From a virus (lineage: Duplodnaviria > Caudoviricetes): a stretch of 64,000 nucleotides of DNA. A program made the translations under genes and the position numbers. Below are positions 47,285 through 56,551 of the stretch, one piece after another. The notes under the pieces are model-generated. The model was not told the DNA's origin. It worked only from the letters and a program-made list of their open reading frames with translations, and did not search any database. The number at the start of each line of letters is the position of its first letter. The stretch's first letter is position 1. The stretch is taken from positions 12,396-76,395 of the IMG/VR virus record IMGVR_UViG_3300029305_001557. One strand, written 5' to 3'.

Positions 47285-49024
47285 TCAGTCCGAAATGTGG
47301 TCTTTATAAGTACACTCGGTAGGAGCTTTATCCTCTCTTATACGCAAGAAACGAGGGTGTCTGAGCTTTCCTGTGTCTTTGAATATCTCATTTGCTTTGA
47401 CTTCAATGACTTTTCCAATCCACGATTTTGGGTCTTCACTGAACATCTTTCGAGTCTCTTCATCAAAGCCACTACACTCACCTACTTCAAGGACAAGTAC
47501 ATCATCTCCTTCAAGTATCATCTCCTCAATATTAAATTTCTTGTTCTTGGGGAGCTTCATCATCTCTTCAGGAGTGATTGTAACACCGAAACGGATAGTC
47601 CCTACCCACCCATAACAGTAAAACTTAGAGACAGGTCTGCACTCTTCAGGATACCAATTCTTCGCAAACTGCTTACGCTGTTCAGGAGTATACCCTGACA
47701 GGTCTACAAGGTCTCGCTCAGTAGTCTCCCAATAGTCCCACTTATCTACAGTCGGGAACTTACCCTTATACTCATCAGTCGGGTCTTCAAACCCCATAAT
47801 GACTACTTCTCGGGTTAAATACTTCTTTATCTTCTGATACTCTCGCCCACGCTTATGAAAATACTTTCCGTCATTGGGCTTTATCATAACACCCTCACCA
47901 CCTGTAGCTACGATATACTCATAAAAAGCTCGGGGAGACAAATGCACTCTTCCTGTGTCTTCTTTATACTCAGCATACAAATGAGGGTAAGACTCGGCTC
48001 TGCCGGACTCTTCAAGACTTCTGCTTATTGTATAAGGAGTACCGTGAGTATCGTGATAAGGAGTGGTATCAATAAGACCTCCACAGGTCTGAGAGTCTAC
48101 ATACTTTACATACTCACTATTGAGTTTATCCACCACAATCTTCAGGTACACTTTTCTACGACTTAACGGCATTTTTCTGAGGTCAATACCCTTAAAGAAA
48201 AGAATATCGAAAGCGTGGAAAACAATATACCCAAGTTCTAACTGACGGTCAATAGCTTTATCCCACTTACAATTCAAAGTACTTGACACATCTTTGAAAG
48301 GTCTATGAGGAATAAACATCTCTCCGTCAAGTATTGTTCCTGCAAGCTCAGGAACATTAAGCCCTCGCAACTGAGGTAAAGAGTCTGTATTCTCACAATA
48401 CCATTTTGTCTTCTCACTTACTCTACGACTAAAGCAACGAGTATACCCTTTCTGTGGATAGTACTCTCCCGACTCAATCATCTGAGCAATTCTATCGGCA
48501 ATATTTGACCAAGTATACAACTTATGCTGTCCGTTATCATACTCAATCTCATACCCTTTAGCATTGAACATAATATGTCCTTTGGTCTTATCAGGGTACA
48601 GAGCAGTTCCTCCACCAATTCCGTACTCTTTCTTCAAGAACTCAACTCTCTCCGAAACGGAACTATGTGAGATAAAGAACTCATAAATACGATGATAACC
48701 TCCGTGAGTATTACTGCCCGACTGAAGAGTGCTTCTAAGTAAGTATTCTTCTCGGCTCAGGTCTCTCTTAGACACCTTGTTAGGAGCTAAGAAATAAAGT
48801 AAAGCACGAGTTCCGTCAAATTTCTCTTCGACTACATAAGAGCTATCGTTCAGAAAAGCGTCCTGCTGTTCTTCAGTCTCAATCTCTTTTGCAGTCATTG
48901 GAGCATACCCTTTTAAGCCCACACGCTCATACATATCTGCTGAGGTGTAATGCTCAAAATGTGGAATAAAAATATGCTCCAAGTCTGTATCATAAAAGGA
49001 AGAGTCTTTTTTAACTATCTGCAT
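47285..49024 (-). CDS. ATP-dependent DNA ligase with ~110-aa insertion
   Basis: EEKFDG, CFSR, LDGEM, FDIL, EGVMIK, KIKK and LRHPRF..IREDK. Confidence 0.9.
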   Translation of the reverse strand: MQIVKKDSSFYDTDLEHIFIPHFEHYTSADMYERVGLKGYAPMTAKEIETEEQQDAFLNDSSYVVEEKFDGTRALLYFLAPNKVSKRDLSREEYLLRSTLQSGSNTHGGYHRIYEFFISHSSVSERVEFLKKEYGIGGGTALYPDKTKGHIMFNAKGYEIEYDNGQHKLYTWSNIADRIAQMIESGEYYPQKGYTRCFSRRVSEKTKWYCENTDSLPQLRGLNVPELAGTILDGEMFIPHRPFKDVSSTLNCKWDKAIDRQLELGYIVFHAFDILFFKGIDLRKMPLSRRKVYLKIVVDKLNSEYVKYVDSQTCGGLIDTTPYHDTHGTPYTISRSLEESGRAESYPHLYAEYKEDTGRVHLSPRAFYEYIVATGGEGVMIKPNDGKYFHKRGREYQKIKKYLTREVVIMGFEDPTDEYKGKFPTVDKWDYWETTERDLVDLSGYTPEQRKQFAKNWYPEECRPVSKFYCYGWVGTIRFGVTITPEEMMKLPKNKKFNIEEMILEGDDVLVLEVGECSGFDEETRKMFSEDPKSWIGKVIEVKANEIFKDTGKLRHPRFLRIREDKAPTECTYKDHISD

Positions 49025-49358
49025 TGCTATCCTCCTCAGCATTTAGGGCTTTCACTGCTCCACTTGTTTTGACGGTACGAGTCACAAGCAACTCTTCAAG
49101 CCACTTAGCTGTTGCTTCATATAACTTCCCATTCTTAGGGTCTGCGGACATTCTCTTGTAATAAGAAATTGCCCTCTCCAAAGTGATAATCTTTAGGGTA
49201 GAGTCTTCTTGTACTGTAGCAGGAGACTCTTCACTGCCTTGTTCTTCAAGCTGTTTTAAGCGTATCATATCCCCCTGCTGTCTCTTGGGTTTATGTGTAA
49301 TGTCTTGAACAGGAAAATTTGCTACACCTGCAACAGTAGTATTATTATAATCTTTCAT
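49011..49358 (-). CDS. hypothetical protein
   Basis: RBS GAGG. Confidence 0.65.
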   Translation of the reverse strand: MKDYNNTTVAGVANFPVQDITHKPKRQQGDMIRLKQLEEQGSEESPATVQEDSTLKIITLERAISYYKRMSADPKNGKLYEATAKWLEELLVTRTVKTSGAVKALNAEEDSNADS

Positions 49359-49367
49359 TTAATTTCC

Positions 49368-49916
49368 TCACTTTCTGACAAGCACAAGAGACTCAGAAAT
49401 CGTCTTCTGAAGCTCGTCCGATACTTTAAGGGTCTCAATAGGGATAAAGTGAAAACCACTCTTCAGGCTTATTTCTGTGTCTGTCAAGAGGTCTACAGAT
49501 AGAACAACATTAAACACAAGCACAAAGCTGTTAGAAGTCTCAACTGCCCCTACAGGATAACAAGTAGAATTACCTACAAGTCTGTATAAAGCTTTCTCAT
49601 TATTCACGCTAAAAGCGGAGTCGAGTAAATTCTTCCCGCACAGTAGCCCTGAGTCATTAGCAATAGTCGGGTACAACCCTCCTGCAAGAACAAGCTCAGG
49701 AATATATGAAATAGACGCAAACTTCCCTTCGTGAACAAGCACAAGGTTGTCTTTATCTGTCCTTACATACACTGCGAATAAAACGCTTTTAAGGTTTTCA
49801 GGGTTCTTTTCCCACTCGTCTTTAGGTCTAACACAAAGGTTTTGAACTACCTCAGTGTATAACTCTTTACTGAAGCTTTTTACAGAGCTTCCACACTTAC
49901 TAACTAAAACGCTCAC
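49368..49916 (-). CDS. hypothetical protein
   Basis: RBS GGAGG. Confidence 0.65.
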   Translation of the reverse strand: MSVLVSKCGSSVKSFSKELYTEVVQNLCVRPKDEWEKNPENLKSVLFAVYVRTDKDNLVLVHEGKFASISYIPELVLAGGLYPTIANDSGLLCGKNLLDSAFSVNNEKALYRLVGNSTCYPVGAVETSNSFVLVFNVVLSVDLLTDTEISLKSGFHFIPIETLKVSDELQKTISESLVLVRK

Positions 49917-49981
49917 TCTAATTCACCTCCGAAAATAACAAGAGGGAGCAACTACTATGAGCTACTCCCTCTCGTGATATA

Positions 49982-50992
49982 TTATTCTTCTGCTTCGTAC
50001 TCTTCTCCGCAATGTTCACAAATGAACATCTTGGTGTCCTCAGAGTAGTTAAGAACACGACCACAGCAAGCAGGTTCACCGTTCAAGGAGTAAGCTCCCT
50101 CTTCAATGAGGTCGCCCTCGTCATCAACAAGTCTGCACACTGCGTCAATGTAAGTGTCGAGCAAGTCCTCATCAGACATATCACTCATATCGTCCTCAGT
50201 GTCGTAGAAAGACTGCAAGAACTCAACAAGGTCATCACGAGTCACATCACCCTTGCTAAACTGCTCACGGATTTCTTCGTCCTGAGCAAGAATAGCTTTC
50301 TTACGAGCTTCCGTCATAGCAGGATTGTCAATGTCGTTGGTGTTATCTTCTTCCTCTTCATCGGAGTCTTCAACAGGAGCTTCCTTAGCTACAGGAGCTT
50401 CAGCAACTTCAGTCTCTTCCTCTTCGTCTTCATCATCAAAATCAAGAAGACCGTCTCTTACTGCCTGTACAACTTTTTCAATCAAAGCTTCACGCTTACC
50501 CTTTGCAGAGAGTCCGATGTCAACAAGTACATCAGCAATCTCCTCGTTGGTCATATCGGCAACTGCGTCTACAACCTTAGCATAAATGGGGTCGTTGTTC
50601 TTTTCGTCAACAGGAACTTCCTCGGGGGCTTCATTCTCAGCGGTTGCGGTCTCATCAGGAGTACAACCGAGAATACGATTTGTAATCTCTTCACGATTAC
50701 CCACTGCGGAAATACCCATATCTTTTGCAAGCTTCTTAATGTTGTTGTAGGTCATACCGTCAAGCTGTTCACGAGTAACAGCAGGTACTTCCTTCACTTC
50801 ATTTGCTGTAGGAGCTTCGGCAACAGTCTCTTCAGCCTGAATAGCTTTGCGTCTCTGCACACTCTTGCTCTCTACCTCGTTCTGCGTGGGAGTAGAAACA
50901 GTCTCAACAGACTGCTCATCTGCATAACCTTCAAGAATAAGGTCAATTCCTCCTCGTACAGCTTTAAGTCCTTCGATAATTTTTGCGTTCAT
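49982..50992 (-). CDS. acidic protein with two HeH/Rho-N-like modules and a C-terminal Zn ribbon
   Basis: MTYNNIKKLAKDMGISAVGNREEI and MTNEEIADVLVDIGLSAKGKREALI; CCGR...CEHC. Confidence 0.6.
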   Translation of the reverse strand: MNAKIIEGLKAVRGGIDLILEGYADEQSVETVSTPTQNEVESKSVQRRKAIQAEETVAEAPTANEVKEVPAVTREQLDGMTYNNIKKLAKDMGISAVGNREEITNRILGCTPDETATAENEAPEEVPVDEKNNDPIYAKVVDAVADMTNEEIADVLVDIGLSAKGKREALIEKVVQAVRDGLLDFDDEDEEEETEVAEAPVAKEAPVEDSDEEEEDNTNDIDNPAMTEARKKAILAQDEEIREQFSKGDVTRDDLVEFLQSFYDTEDDMSDMSDEDLLDTYIDAVCRLVDDEGDLIEEGAYSLNGEPACCGRVLNYSEDTKMFICEHCGEEYEAEE

Positions 50993-51038
50993 AGCACTAC
51001 CTCCATAAATTTATTTAGTTTTCTTTTGGACTACATAT

Positions 51039-51067
51039 ATTATAGCACACAACTAAAAGACTGTCAA
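51039..51067 (-). promoter_or_regulatory. consensus sigmaA promoter
   Basis: TTGACA-17 nt-TATAAT. Confidence 0.85.
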
Positions 51068-51077
51068 GTCCCTCGTA

Positions 51078-51386
51078 TCAGTCTTTCAGCTCTCTTTCTT
51101 TGATGATTTCCACACACAAACAGGACTTCTCTTCAATCTTCATAAGCTCTGAATAAATGCCCTTTATGGTCTTCATCTCTTCGCTGTCTTCAGCTAACTG
51201 CTCTTCCTTGACTTTCTTTATCAGGTCATCTTTCATTTTAATGAAAGTCTGATACACACCGGCAAGGTGGTTCTTCAAACCCGACACATAGCCGAGGTCT
51301 TTGTCTTTGCAATGGTCTCTAAACTGCTCTGCTGTTCCGTCAATTAAGACTCCCAACTCTGTGGTATTCTCTGCTACAGACATCAC
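51078..51386 (-). CDS. hypothetical protein
   Basis: RBS GGAGG. Confidence 0.65.
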   Translation of the reverse strand: MMSVAENTTELGVLIDGTAEQFRDHCKDKDLGYVSGLKNHLAGVYQTFIKMKDDLIKKVKEEQLAEDSEEMKTIKGIYSELMKIEEKSCLCVEIIKERELKD

Positions 51387-51398
51387 ACTTCCTCCTCT

Positions 51399-51605
51399 CT
51401 ACAATACTTTATTCAGATGAATGAATGTGTATATCCCTGCTAAGCATACAAGGGCTTCAAAGGGTCTCCCTGTAAACAGATATACAAAGAACAACACAAA
51501 CAGCACCGCAAATGAAAACAGAGTCGCAAGAGTCAACAGCTTCTTAACCGTAGACACTACAAAGGTCATAAGCTTGTCGAACCCTCGCTTGATAAAGGCA
51601 ATCAT
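51399..51605 (-). CDS. small membrane protein
   Basis: Two hydrophobic segments. Confidence 0.6.
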   Translation of the reverse strand: MIAFIKRGFDKLMTFVVSTVKKLLTLATLFSFAVLFVLFFVYLFTGRPFEALVCLAGIYTFIHLNKVL

Positions 51606-51951
51606 AGCTTCTCTTCACCTCTCTAAACAATATTTTCGCTTTAGCTCTATCAGAGTATAACCCATAGAGACGCTTAAACTCAGGGTCGTGCATTACTCCC
51701 TTAACTCTCTTGAAGTTAGGGTCGTGCCACTGCTTACAGTGGATAACTTCGTGGATAGTCGTGAGTAGTAAATCCGTATAGGAATATAGTAAACCGTCAG
51801 GTGTCTTCTGCACATAAATAATTACTGTATCTGTATTCGGGTCAAACCTTCCGAAATAGGACTTGCTATATGGTCTCAAAGAGAGTGTAAAGTCTTCAAC
51901 AAGTCCTATATTCAAAAGGTCTTCTCTGAGTTTTGCTTCTAATTCCTGCAT
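51544..51951 (-). CDS. SprT-like zincin metalloprotease domain protein
   Basis: TIHEVIHCKQW...HDPEF. Confidence 0.7.
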   Translation of the reverse strand: MQELEAKLREDLLNIGLVEDFTLSLRPYSKSYFGRFDPNTDTVIIYVQKTPDGLLYSYTDLLLTTIHEVIHCKQWHDPNFKRVKGVMHDPEFKRLYGLYSDRAKAKILFREVKRSYDCLYQARVRQAYDLCSVYG

Positions 51952-51993
51952 TAAATAACCTCCAATTTTAGTATGTAATGCAGGTGGCGGTCT

Positions 51994-53031
51994 TTAAGCC
52001 GCCATTAAAACATCTCCTGCAATCTTCTCAATTTCAAGTCTGCGTTCAAGCGTATAGTCCTGAGCTACTTCAGTCAGAGAGTTTACAAAGCCCCACTTAG
52101 ATTGACTGTACTTATCAATCATCAACTGAAGAACTTTCTGAACTCCGTCATCAGACAGCTTAGTTTTCATCTTAACACGCTCAACAAAGTCCTTTAACTG
52201 TTGCTCATTAAAGGTCTTGATAGAGTATCTGCCACTATCGGAGCTTCGAGCTTCTTCAACAAGTTCTTTAGCGTGTTCCACGAGAGTCGGGATATTGGAT
52301 AGGGAAGCTCTGAACCCGTCTCTAAATTCAGAAGCGTCAATACCAATATGCTTCTGCTGAAACAGTACTCCACCGCCTTGCGACAAGCAAAGACCGTTGG
52401 TACATACTTGCTTCCAAATCATAAACTTAACGACAAGAATGGAACGACCTACATCAGAAGAGTCAATCTGAATACCTGCAAACAGGTCTTCACCGTTAAT
52501 GTTCATCATCTCACGCTGAACAATACGAGCGTGAAATCTCTCAGGAGTCAAAAAATGCCCCTTAATGCTATACTCATCAAAGTCAAGCACATCGTTAATG
52601 GCTTCCATAATGTGAGGAGTATCGAGAGCAGAATAACGGTCACTGAGAACCCCTCTAATGGTATTCTTGTACTCACGGATAAACAGGTTCTTACCGAAAT
52701 CATCAATCCACGAATTGATGTTGTCTGCGGCAAGGTCAAGTCTCCCTGAGTCAATACACTTATCAATGTAACGAATAGGAACACCAATCTTGTTACACAA
52801 CTGACTCAAAGAATGACGAGTCATTGCCATACTTCTGCTTCCCACAGTCTTATCATCAGGCTGATAAAGCAGTCTGCAAGTGTCTCCGTCATATCTAACA
52901 TTCTTATAAGTAGCGTTAGATACATTAAAATCCTGACACTCGTTCTGAATCCCAACTGCCTGTCGGAAAAGCTCACTAAGGTCTACTCTATCGAGGGTGA
53001 GCAACTCCCTCGTATCTGTCATTGCTGTCAT
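51994..53031 (-). CDS. DUF932-like protein
   Basis: RGVLSDRYS...WKQVCTNGL...HIG; family call from motif recall. Confidence 0.65.
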   Translation of the reverse strand: MTAMTDTRELLTLDRVDLSELFRQAVGIQNECQDFNVSNATYKNVRYDGDTCRLLYQPDDKTVGSRSMAMTRHSLSQLCNKIGVPIRYIDKCIDSGRLDLAADNINSWIDDFGKNLFIREYKNTIRGVLSDRYSALDTPHIMEAINDVLDFDEYSIKGHFLTPERFHARIVQREMMNINGEDLFAGIQIDSSDVGRSILVVKFMIWKQVCTNGLCLSQGGGVLFQQKHIGIDASEFRDGFRASLSNIPTLVEHAKELVEEARSSDSGRYSIKTFNEQQLKDFVERVKMKTKLSDDGVQKVLQLMIDKYSQSKWGFVNSLTEVAQDYTLERRLEIEKIAGDVLMAA

Positions 53032-53078
53032 TTATACATTACCTCCTGCAATAATTTCTCTTTGTTTGCTACAACTAT

Positions 53079-53107
53079 ATTATAACACATTTTCAGCTAT
53101 CAGTCAA
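53079..53107 (-). promoter_or_regulatory. sigmaA-type promoter
   Basis: TTGACT-17 nt-TATAAT. Confidence 0.75.
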
Positions 53108-53624
53108 AAGACTCTAACTCCACAATCACACTTTTATAAATCCCCATTCGAGAATTACATCTCTCAGGGTGGTTGGCAACAAAACTTTTAACCTCATCTA
53201 AAGAGTCTGCTGTCATTGTGGTCTCTAAATACACACCTTGGTCTTCTCCGAGACTTTTTATCTCACCTAAAACATACTCGCTCATAGCTACTCGGTCATT
53301 AAATCCCTCAATGTTTCGCTCATTGAGAGGGCTATCAGGTCTTCCTTTAAGCTCTTTAATAAGGTTCTCAGTAGTACACTGACTCAATACCGAGCTTACA
53401 TTATTAACAAGCTCAAAACGATATTTCTGTCCCGTAGGGTTTAATCTTCCTTCCGGCACAAGACTTGTAAAGTCGGTCTGACTACGAGTCCACACTTTAT
53501 TGTCCCCATTCAGAGACATATAAACGATATTAGGCTCAAAATTCTCCTCGGCAAGAGCTACAGCTACAATAAGATACAGACCTCCTTTGAAGTGTCTGTA
53601 AATCTGATAAGGTACAATCATCAC
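53100..53624 (-). CDS. DUF1653-domain protein
   Basis: YRHFKGGLY...VY.SL..D.KVWTR...F...QKYRFE. Confidence 0.8.
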   Translation of the reverse strand: MMIVPYQIYRHFKGGLYLIVAVALAEENFEPNIVYMSLNGDNKVWTRSQTDFTSLVPEGRLNPTGQKYRFELVNNVSSVLSQCTTENLIKELKGRPDSPLNERNIEGFNDRVAMSEYVLGEIKSLGEDQGVYLETTMTADSLDEVKSFVANHPERCNSRMGIYKSVIVELESFD

Positions 53625-54283
53625 TTTTCTCCTTTCGGGTATATGTACGCAAAGGTCGTATGGTCATAAGTTCCATAAGGTTCTCGGGACGCTACCCAAC
53701 CTGTTGTAATACTTTTCTCATAGAAAACTTGTACATCTTTAGGTAATACACTACCATAATTCAAAATTTCATAAGCCGCTTTCTTTGCTTCTTCATCAGC
53801 AGGTCGGTCAATCATTATGACACCATTTATTCTTGTAAAAGTGACCGAAAATTGATTTTTTTGGTAAATAACCTCTCTGATAGTGTTTGGAAAATAAGGG
53901 TCATCTACTCGGTTCATTACTACACTGCCTATCTTCAACTGAGTTTCATAGCTTTCAATACCTCCTTCGCTGTATATCAATCGGGCTAAAAGGTCAAGCT
54001 CCTCTTCAGTGTAATTATAAACAGGCTTGTGTTCAGGAACAGCTATCTCCTCAATTTGAAGGCTCTGTGTGGTCTCAGGAGGGTCTTCCAAAGACTCAGC
54101 AGAGGTAACGGTTGGCTGAGACTGTTCTCCACTCACAGAGGTCATTTCTGAGGTCTCAGGAGACGATAACGAACCTCCTGACGAAACAATAGTAGCACTC
54201 TTTACAATCAAAAAGAGAGCTAACACTACACATAAAAGTATTCCTACAAAATAAAATACTCTTCTCTTTAGTCGCATACTCAA
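53621..54283 (-). CDS. SleB-like cell wall hydrolase (Hydrolase_2) with N-terminal TM
   Basis: LLARLIYSEGG...GSVVMNRV...FPNTIREVIYQKNQFS. Confidence 0.88.
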   Translation of the reverse strand: MSMRLKRRVFYFVGILLCVVLALFLIVKSATIVSSGGSLSSPETSEMTSVSGEQSQPTVTSAESLEDPPETTQSLQIEEIAVPEHKPVYNYTEEELDLLARLIYSEGGIESYETQLKIGSVVMNRVDDPYFPNTIREVIYQKNQFSVTFTRINGVIMIDRPADEEAKKAAYEILNYGSVLPKDVQVFYEKSITTGWVASREPYGTYDHTTFAYIYPKGEK

Positions 54284-54356
54284 CTTCCTTTCTATTAAAG
54301 TTTAAGACCGTCAAGTGTTTATCACTCAACGGTCTTATTATAACATAAAGTGGAGA

Positions 54357-56000
54357 TTATTTCAAGTTGTCAACCATTCTATCAATAACCACTCGAATAT
54401 CAGAAGCTCCCCTGCCGAGAGAACCATAAATATTCACTACTTCAACAATTCTTTCAGAAAAGCCTGTAATGAGGTTCTTTCTATAGTCATCTGTATTGAC
54501 AACGGCGAACTTATTACCTAAAAGGTTATTCAAGTAGAACTTCTTGATAGCCCCACTCTTAATCATAGTGCTAACAGTATCATCGGCAGAACCTACACCG
54601 TAGCCACCAAGACGGAAAGAAGTACCTGTAGAGCTATAGCAGTCATTATCGGACAACAAAATGAGATTGTCATACTTAGCCCCTCTCATAGAGTCTCGGG
54701 TAATATGCTTCAATGCGACATCAAGATAAGTTCCACCGCCTACTCTGTAATTCTTAATCTGATTTACAATATCCATTACAGTAGACTTAGCAGAAATACC
54801 TGTAACTTTCTCACACTGATTAGCGAACACATAAACTTCGCCCACACCTTGCTTAAAGCAAATAGCTCCTAAAACAATAGCAATCTCTTTAGCTGTCACT
54901 GCAGACATAGAAGACACGCTGTAGTCCATAGAACCCGACATATCAATGAGAATAGCATTAAATCCGTCAATAGGAGTAAGGTTATTCACAGATAAATCAA
55001 GGGCTGTAACTAAAGCGTCAGACACTTTTCTAACCCCATACGAGGGAGTAAGCTTATTTACTTCCTTCCACGCAGAATAGAAACGGAAAGGCAACAGACG
55101 AGAAGACTGCACCTGCTTCTTATCTGTGAGCTTCGCACAGATAGAGTCAACAGCGTCACGGTCATTAAGAACACCTGCTCTATGCAGAGCTACAAGGTTT
55201 TTAACAATAGCCATAACAGTAGAAGAGTCGATAGACTGCTTCACATCTTCCACCGTAGACTTACTATTCTTGTTGCGAGACTTAGCTAACTCAGACTGCA
55301 CCTGTTTAGTTTCTGCCCCCATTTTTACATTGCCCTCAATAACACTTGCATAAAATCCCTTCGGAACTTTTGCAACACGCTCATCAGGGTGCAGAAGCTT
55401 AATGCAATCCGCAAGGGTAACTTCTCTGCTCTCACTAAGAGCCTTAGACAACTGATAATCATTAAAGCTTTCAAGCTTGTACTTTAGAGCCTTTCTCAAC
55501 TGAATAGGCAAAGGTAAGTCTCTATGACTCTTACCTCCACGCTTAACAGTTTCAAACCCAAAAGCGTTAATCTGAGTAGCCATAATGTCAACAATGTCTC
55601 TACCCCTACGAACAATCTTATTGCTGTAATACTGAAGCTTGTTTCTGCCATTCTTGTCTACAAAAGACTGTCCCTTAAAACGCTCATCATTGAAGCAAGC
55701 CGTAAGTACAGATAAAGGGTACTGTATCATATTATACTCACGACCTAAAAGTGCAATCTTCAGGACATACTCAATGTCCTCATAATCGACTGCGTTAATA
55801 GTCTTCACTAAATCCACAAAGTCTTTCTCTGCGGTTCGCTTCTCATAGTAAGTAGACTCACCGAAGAAGCTTCCCAATACTTTAGAGAAAAGCACTTCAA
55901 GAGCGTCAAGGTTATGGACTCTTGCTCCCTCGTGATTTCGTGAAGTGTTAGTGTCCTTGCTTAAAGGAACACTGCGATTTGTGCTATTCATTCTTGCCAT
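54357..56000 (-). CDS. rsr: Ro60/TROVE-domain RNA-binding protein with C-terminal vWA domain
   Basis: NHEGA N-terminus, LADCIKLLHP, SRLLPFRFYSA, IDMSGSM (MIDAS) and LILLSDN. Confidence 0.92.
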   Translation of the reverse strand: MARMNSTNRSVPLSKDTNTSRNHEGARVHNLDALEVLFSKVLGSFFGESTYYEKRTAEKDFVDLVKTINAVDYEDIEYVLKIALLGREYNMIQYPLSVLTACFNDERFKGQSFVDKNGRNKLQYYSNKIVRRGRDIVDIMATQINAFGFETVKRGGKSHRDLPLPIQLRKALKYKLESFNDYQLSKALSESREVTLADCIKLLHPDERVAKVPKGFYASVIEGNVKMGAETKQVQSELAKSRNKNSKSTVEDVKQSIDSSTVMAIVKNLVALHRAGVLNDRDAVDSICAKLTDKKQVQSSRLLPFRFYSAWKEVNKLTPSYGVRKVSDALVTALDLSVNNLTPIDGFNAILIDMSGSMDYSVSSMSAVTAKEIAIVLGAICFKQGVGEVYVFANQCEKVTGISAKSTVMDIVNQIKNYRVGGGTYLDVALKHITRDSMRGAKYDNLILLSDNDCYSSTGTSFRLGGYGVGSADDTVSTMIKSGAIKKFYLNNLLGNKFAVVNTDDYRKNLITGFSERIVEVVNIYGSLGRGASDIRVVIDRMVDNLK

Positions 56001-56048
56001 TTTAATACCTCCTTATAATTCAGCTTTCGCTGTTGCGTACAAAATAAG

Positions 56049-56091
56049 AAAATCCATAGAAAGATAGAGTTACTATCTCCCTATGGATTTT
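56049..56091 (-). terminator. intrinsic terminator between the RNA cluster and Ro60
   Basis: AAAATCCATAG...CTATGGATTTT stem with inner AGATAG/CTATCT, then CTTATTTT. Confidence 0.7.
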
Positions 56092-56100
56092 TATACGAAA

Positions 56101-56235
56101 CAATTAGCAGAGAACACCATTAACGCTATGAGAGTGACTTATGGCAAGTCTATCTTTTTCTCCTTAGCAGGGAGCACCGACAATTTTATAATGGGTCGAT
56201 TATGATGTAAGCGTTAATTATACAGCCGCTAACTG
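56101..56235 (-). ncRNA. Y RNA-like element A (anticodon-like loop GCU)
   Basis: Shared frame: outer helix, internal loop, TTAACGC/GCGTTAA helix, TACATCATA; inner hairpin CTCC-CTGCTAA-GGAG. Confidence 0.65.
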
Positions 56236-56249
56236 TAACATATCAAAAA

Positions 56250-56393
56250 TTGGGAGAACAACGATAAAGTCTTATAGCATAATAGCCCTCTAACCGACTG
56301 AGGTATTAGTCAAATGCTGACTAAGTTGGACTCGAACCAACGACAACTCCATTAACAGTGGAATATGATGTAAACTTTATCTACACAACCCAA
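56250..56393 (-). ncRNA. Y RNA-like (YrlA-like) element B containing a circularly permuted tRNA-Asn
   Basis: Order anticodon arm (GUU), T arm, closed acceptor stem, D arm, inside the Ro-type stem frame. Confidence 0.8.
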
Positions 56394-56400
56394 ATTATTT

Positions 56401-56522
56401 ACTGTAGAACCCTTAGCACACATAGGTCGGTTTTATACCTGTGATTTCTTTACTACAGCCTATTGCACAATATTCTTCGCTGTAGAGCCGGAACACTAAG
56501 GGTTTGAGAGCGACCTGTGTGC
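56401..56522 (-). ncRNA. unassigned pseudoknotted RNA
   Basis: Two interleaved helices plus a CTACAGC/GCTGTAG hairpin. Confidence 0.45.
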
Positions 56523-56551
56523 AAGCATTTATCCGTTATCGGGGTCACTCT

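Noticed and set aside
48452-48781. Intein in the ligase (or in PolA/RecA)
   Set aside because: No Cys/Ser start, no His-Asn end and no LAGLIDADG.
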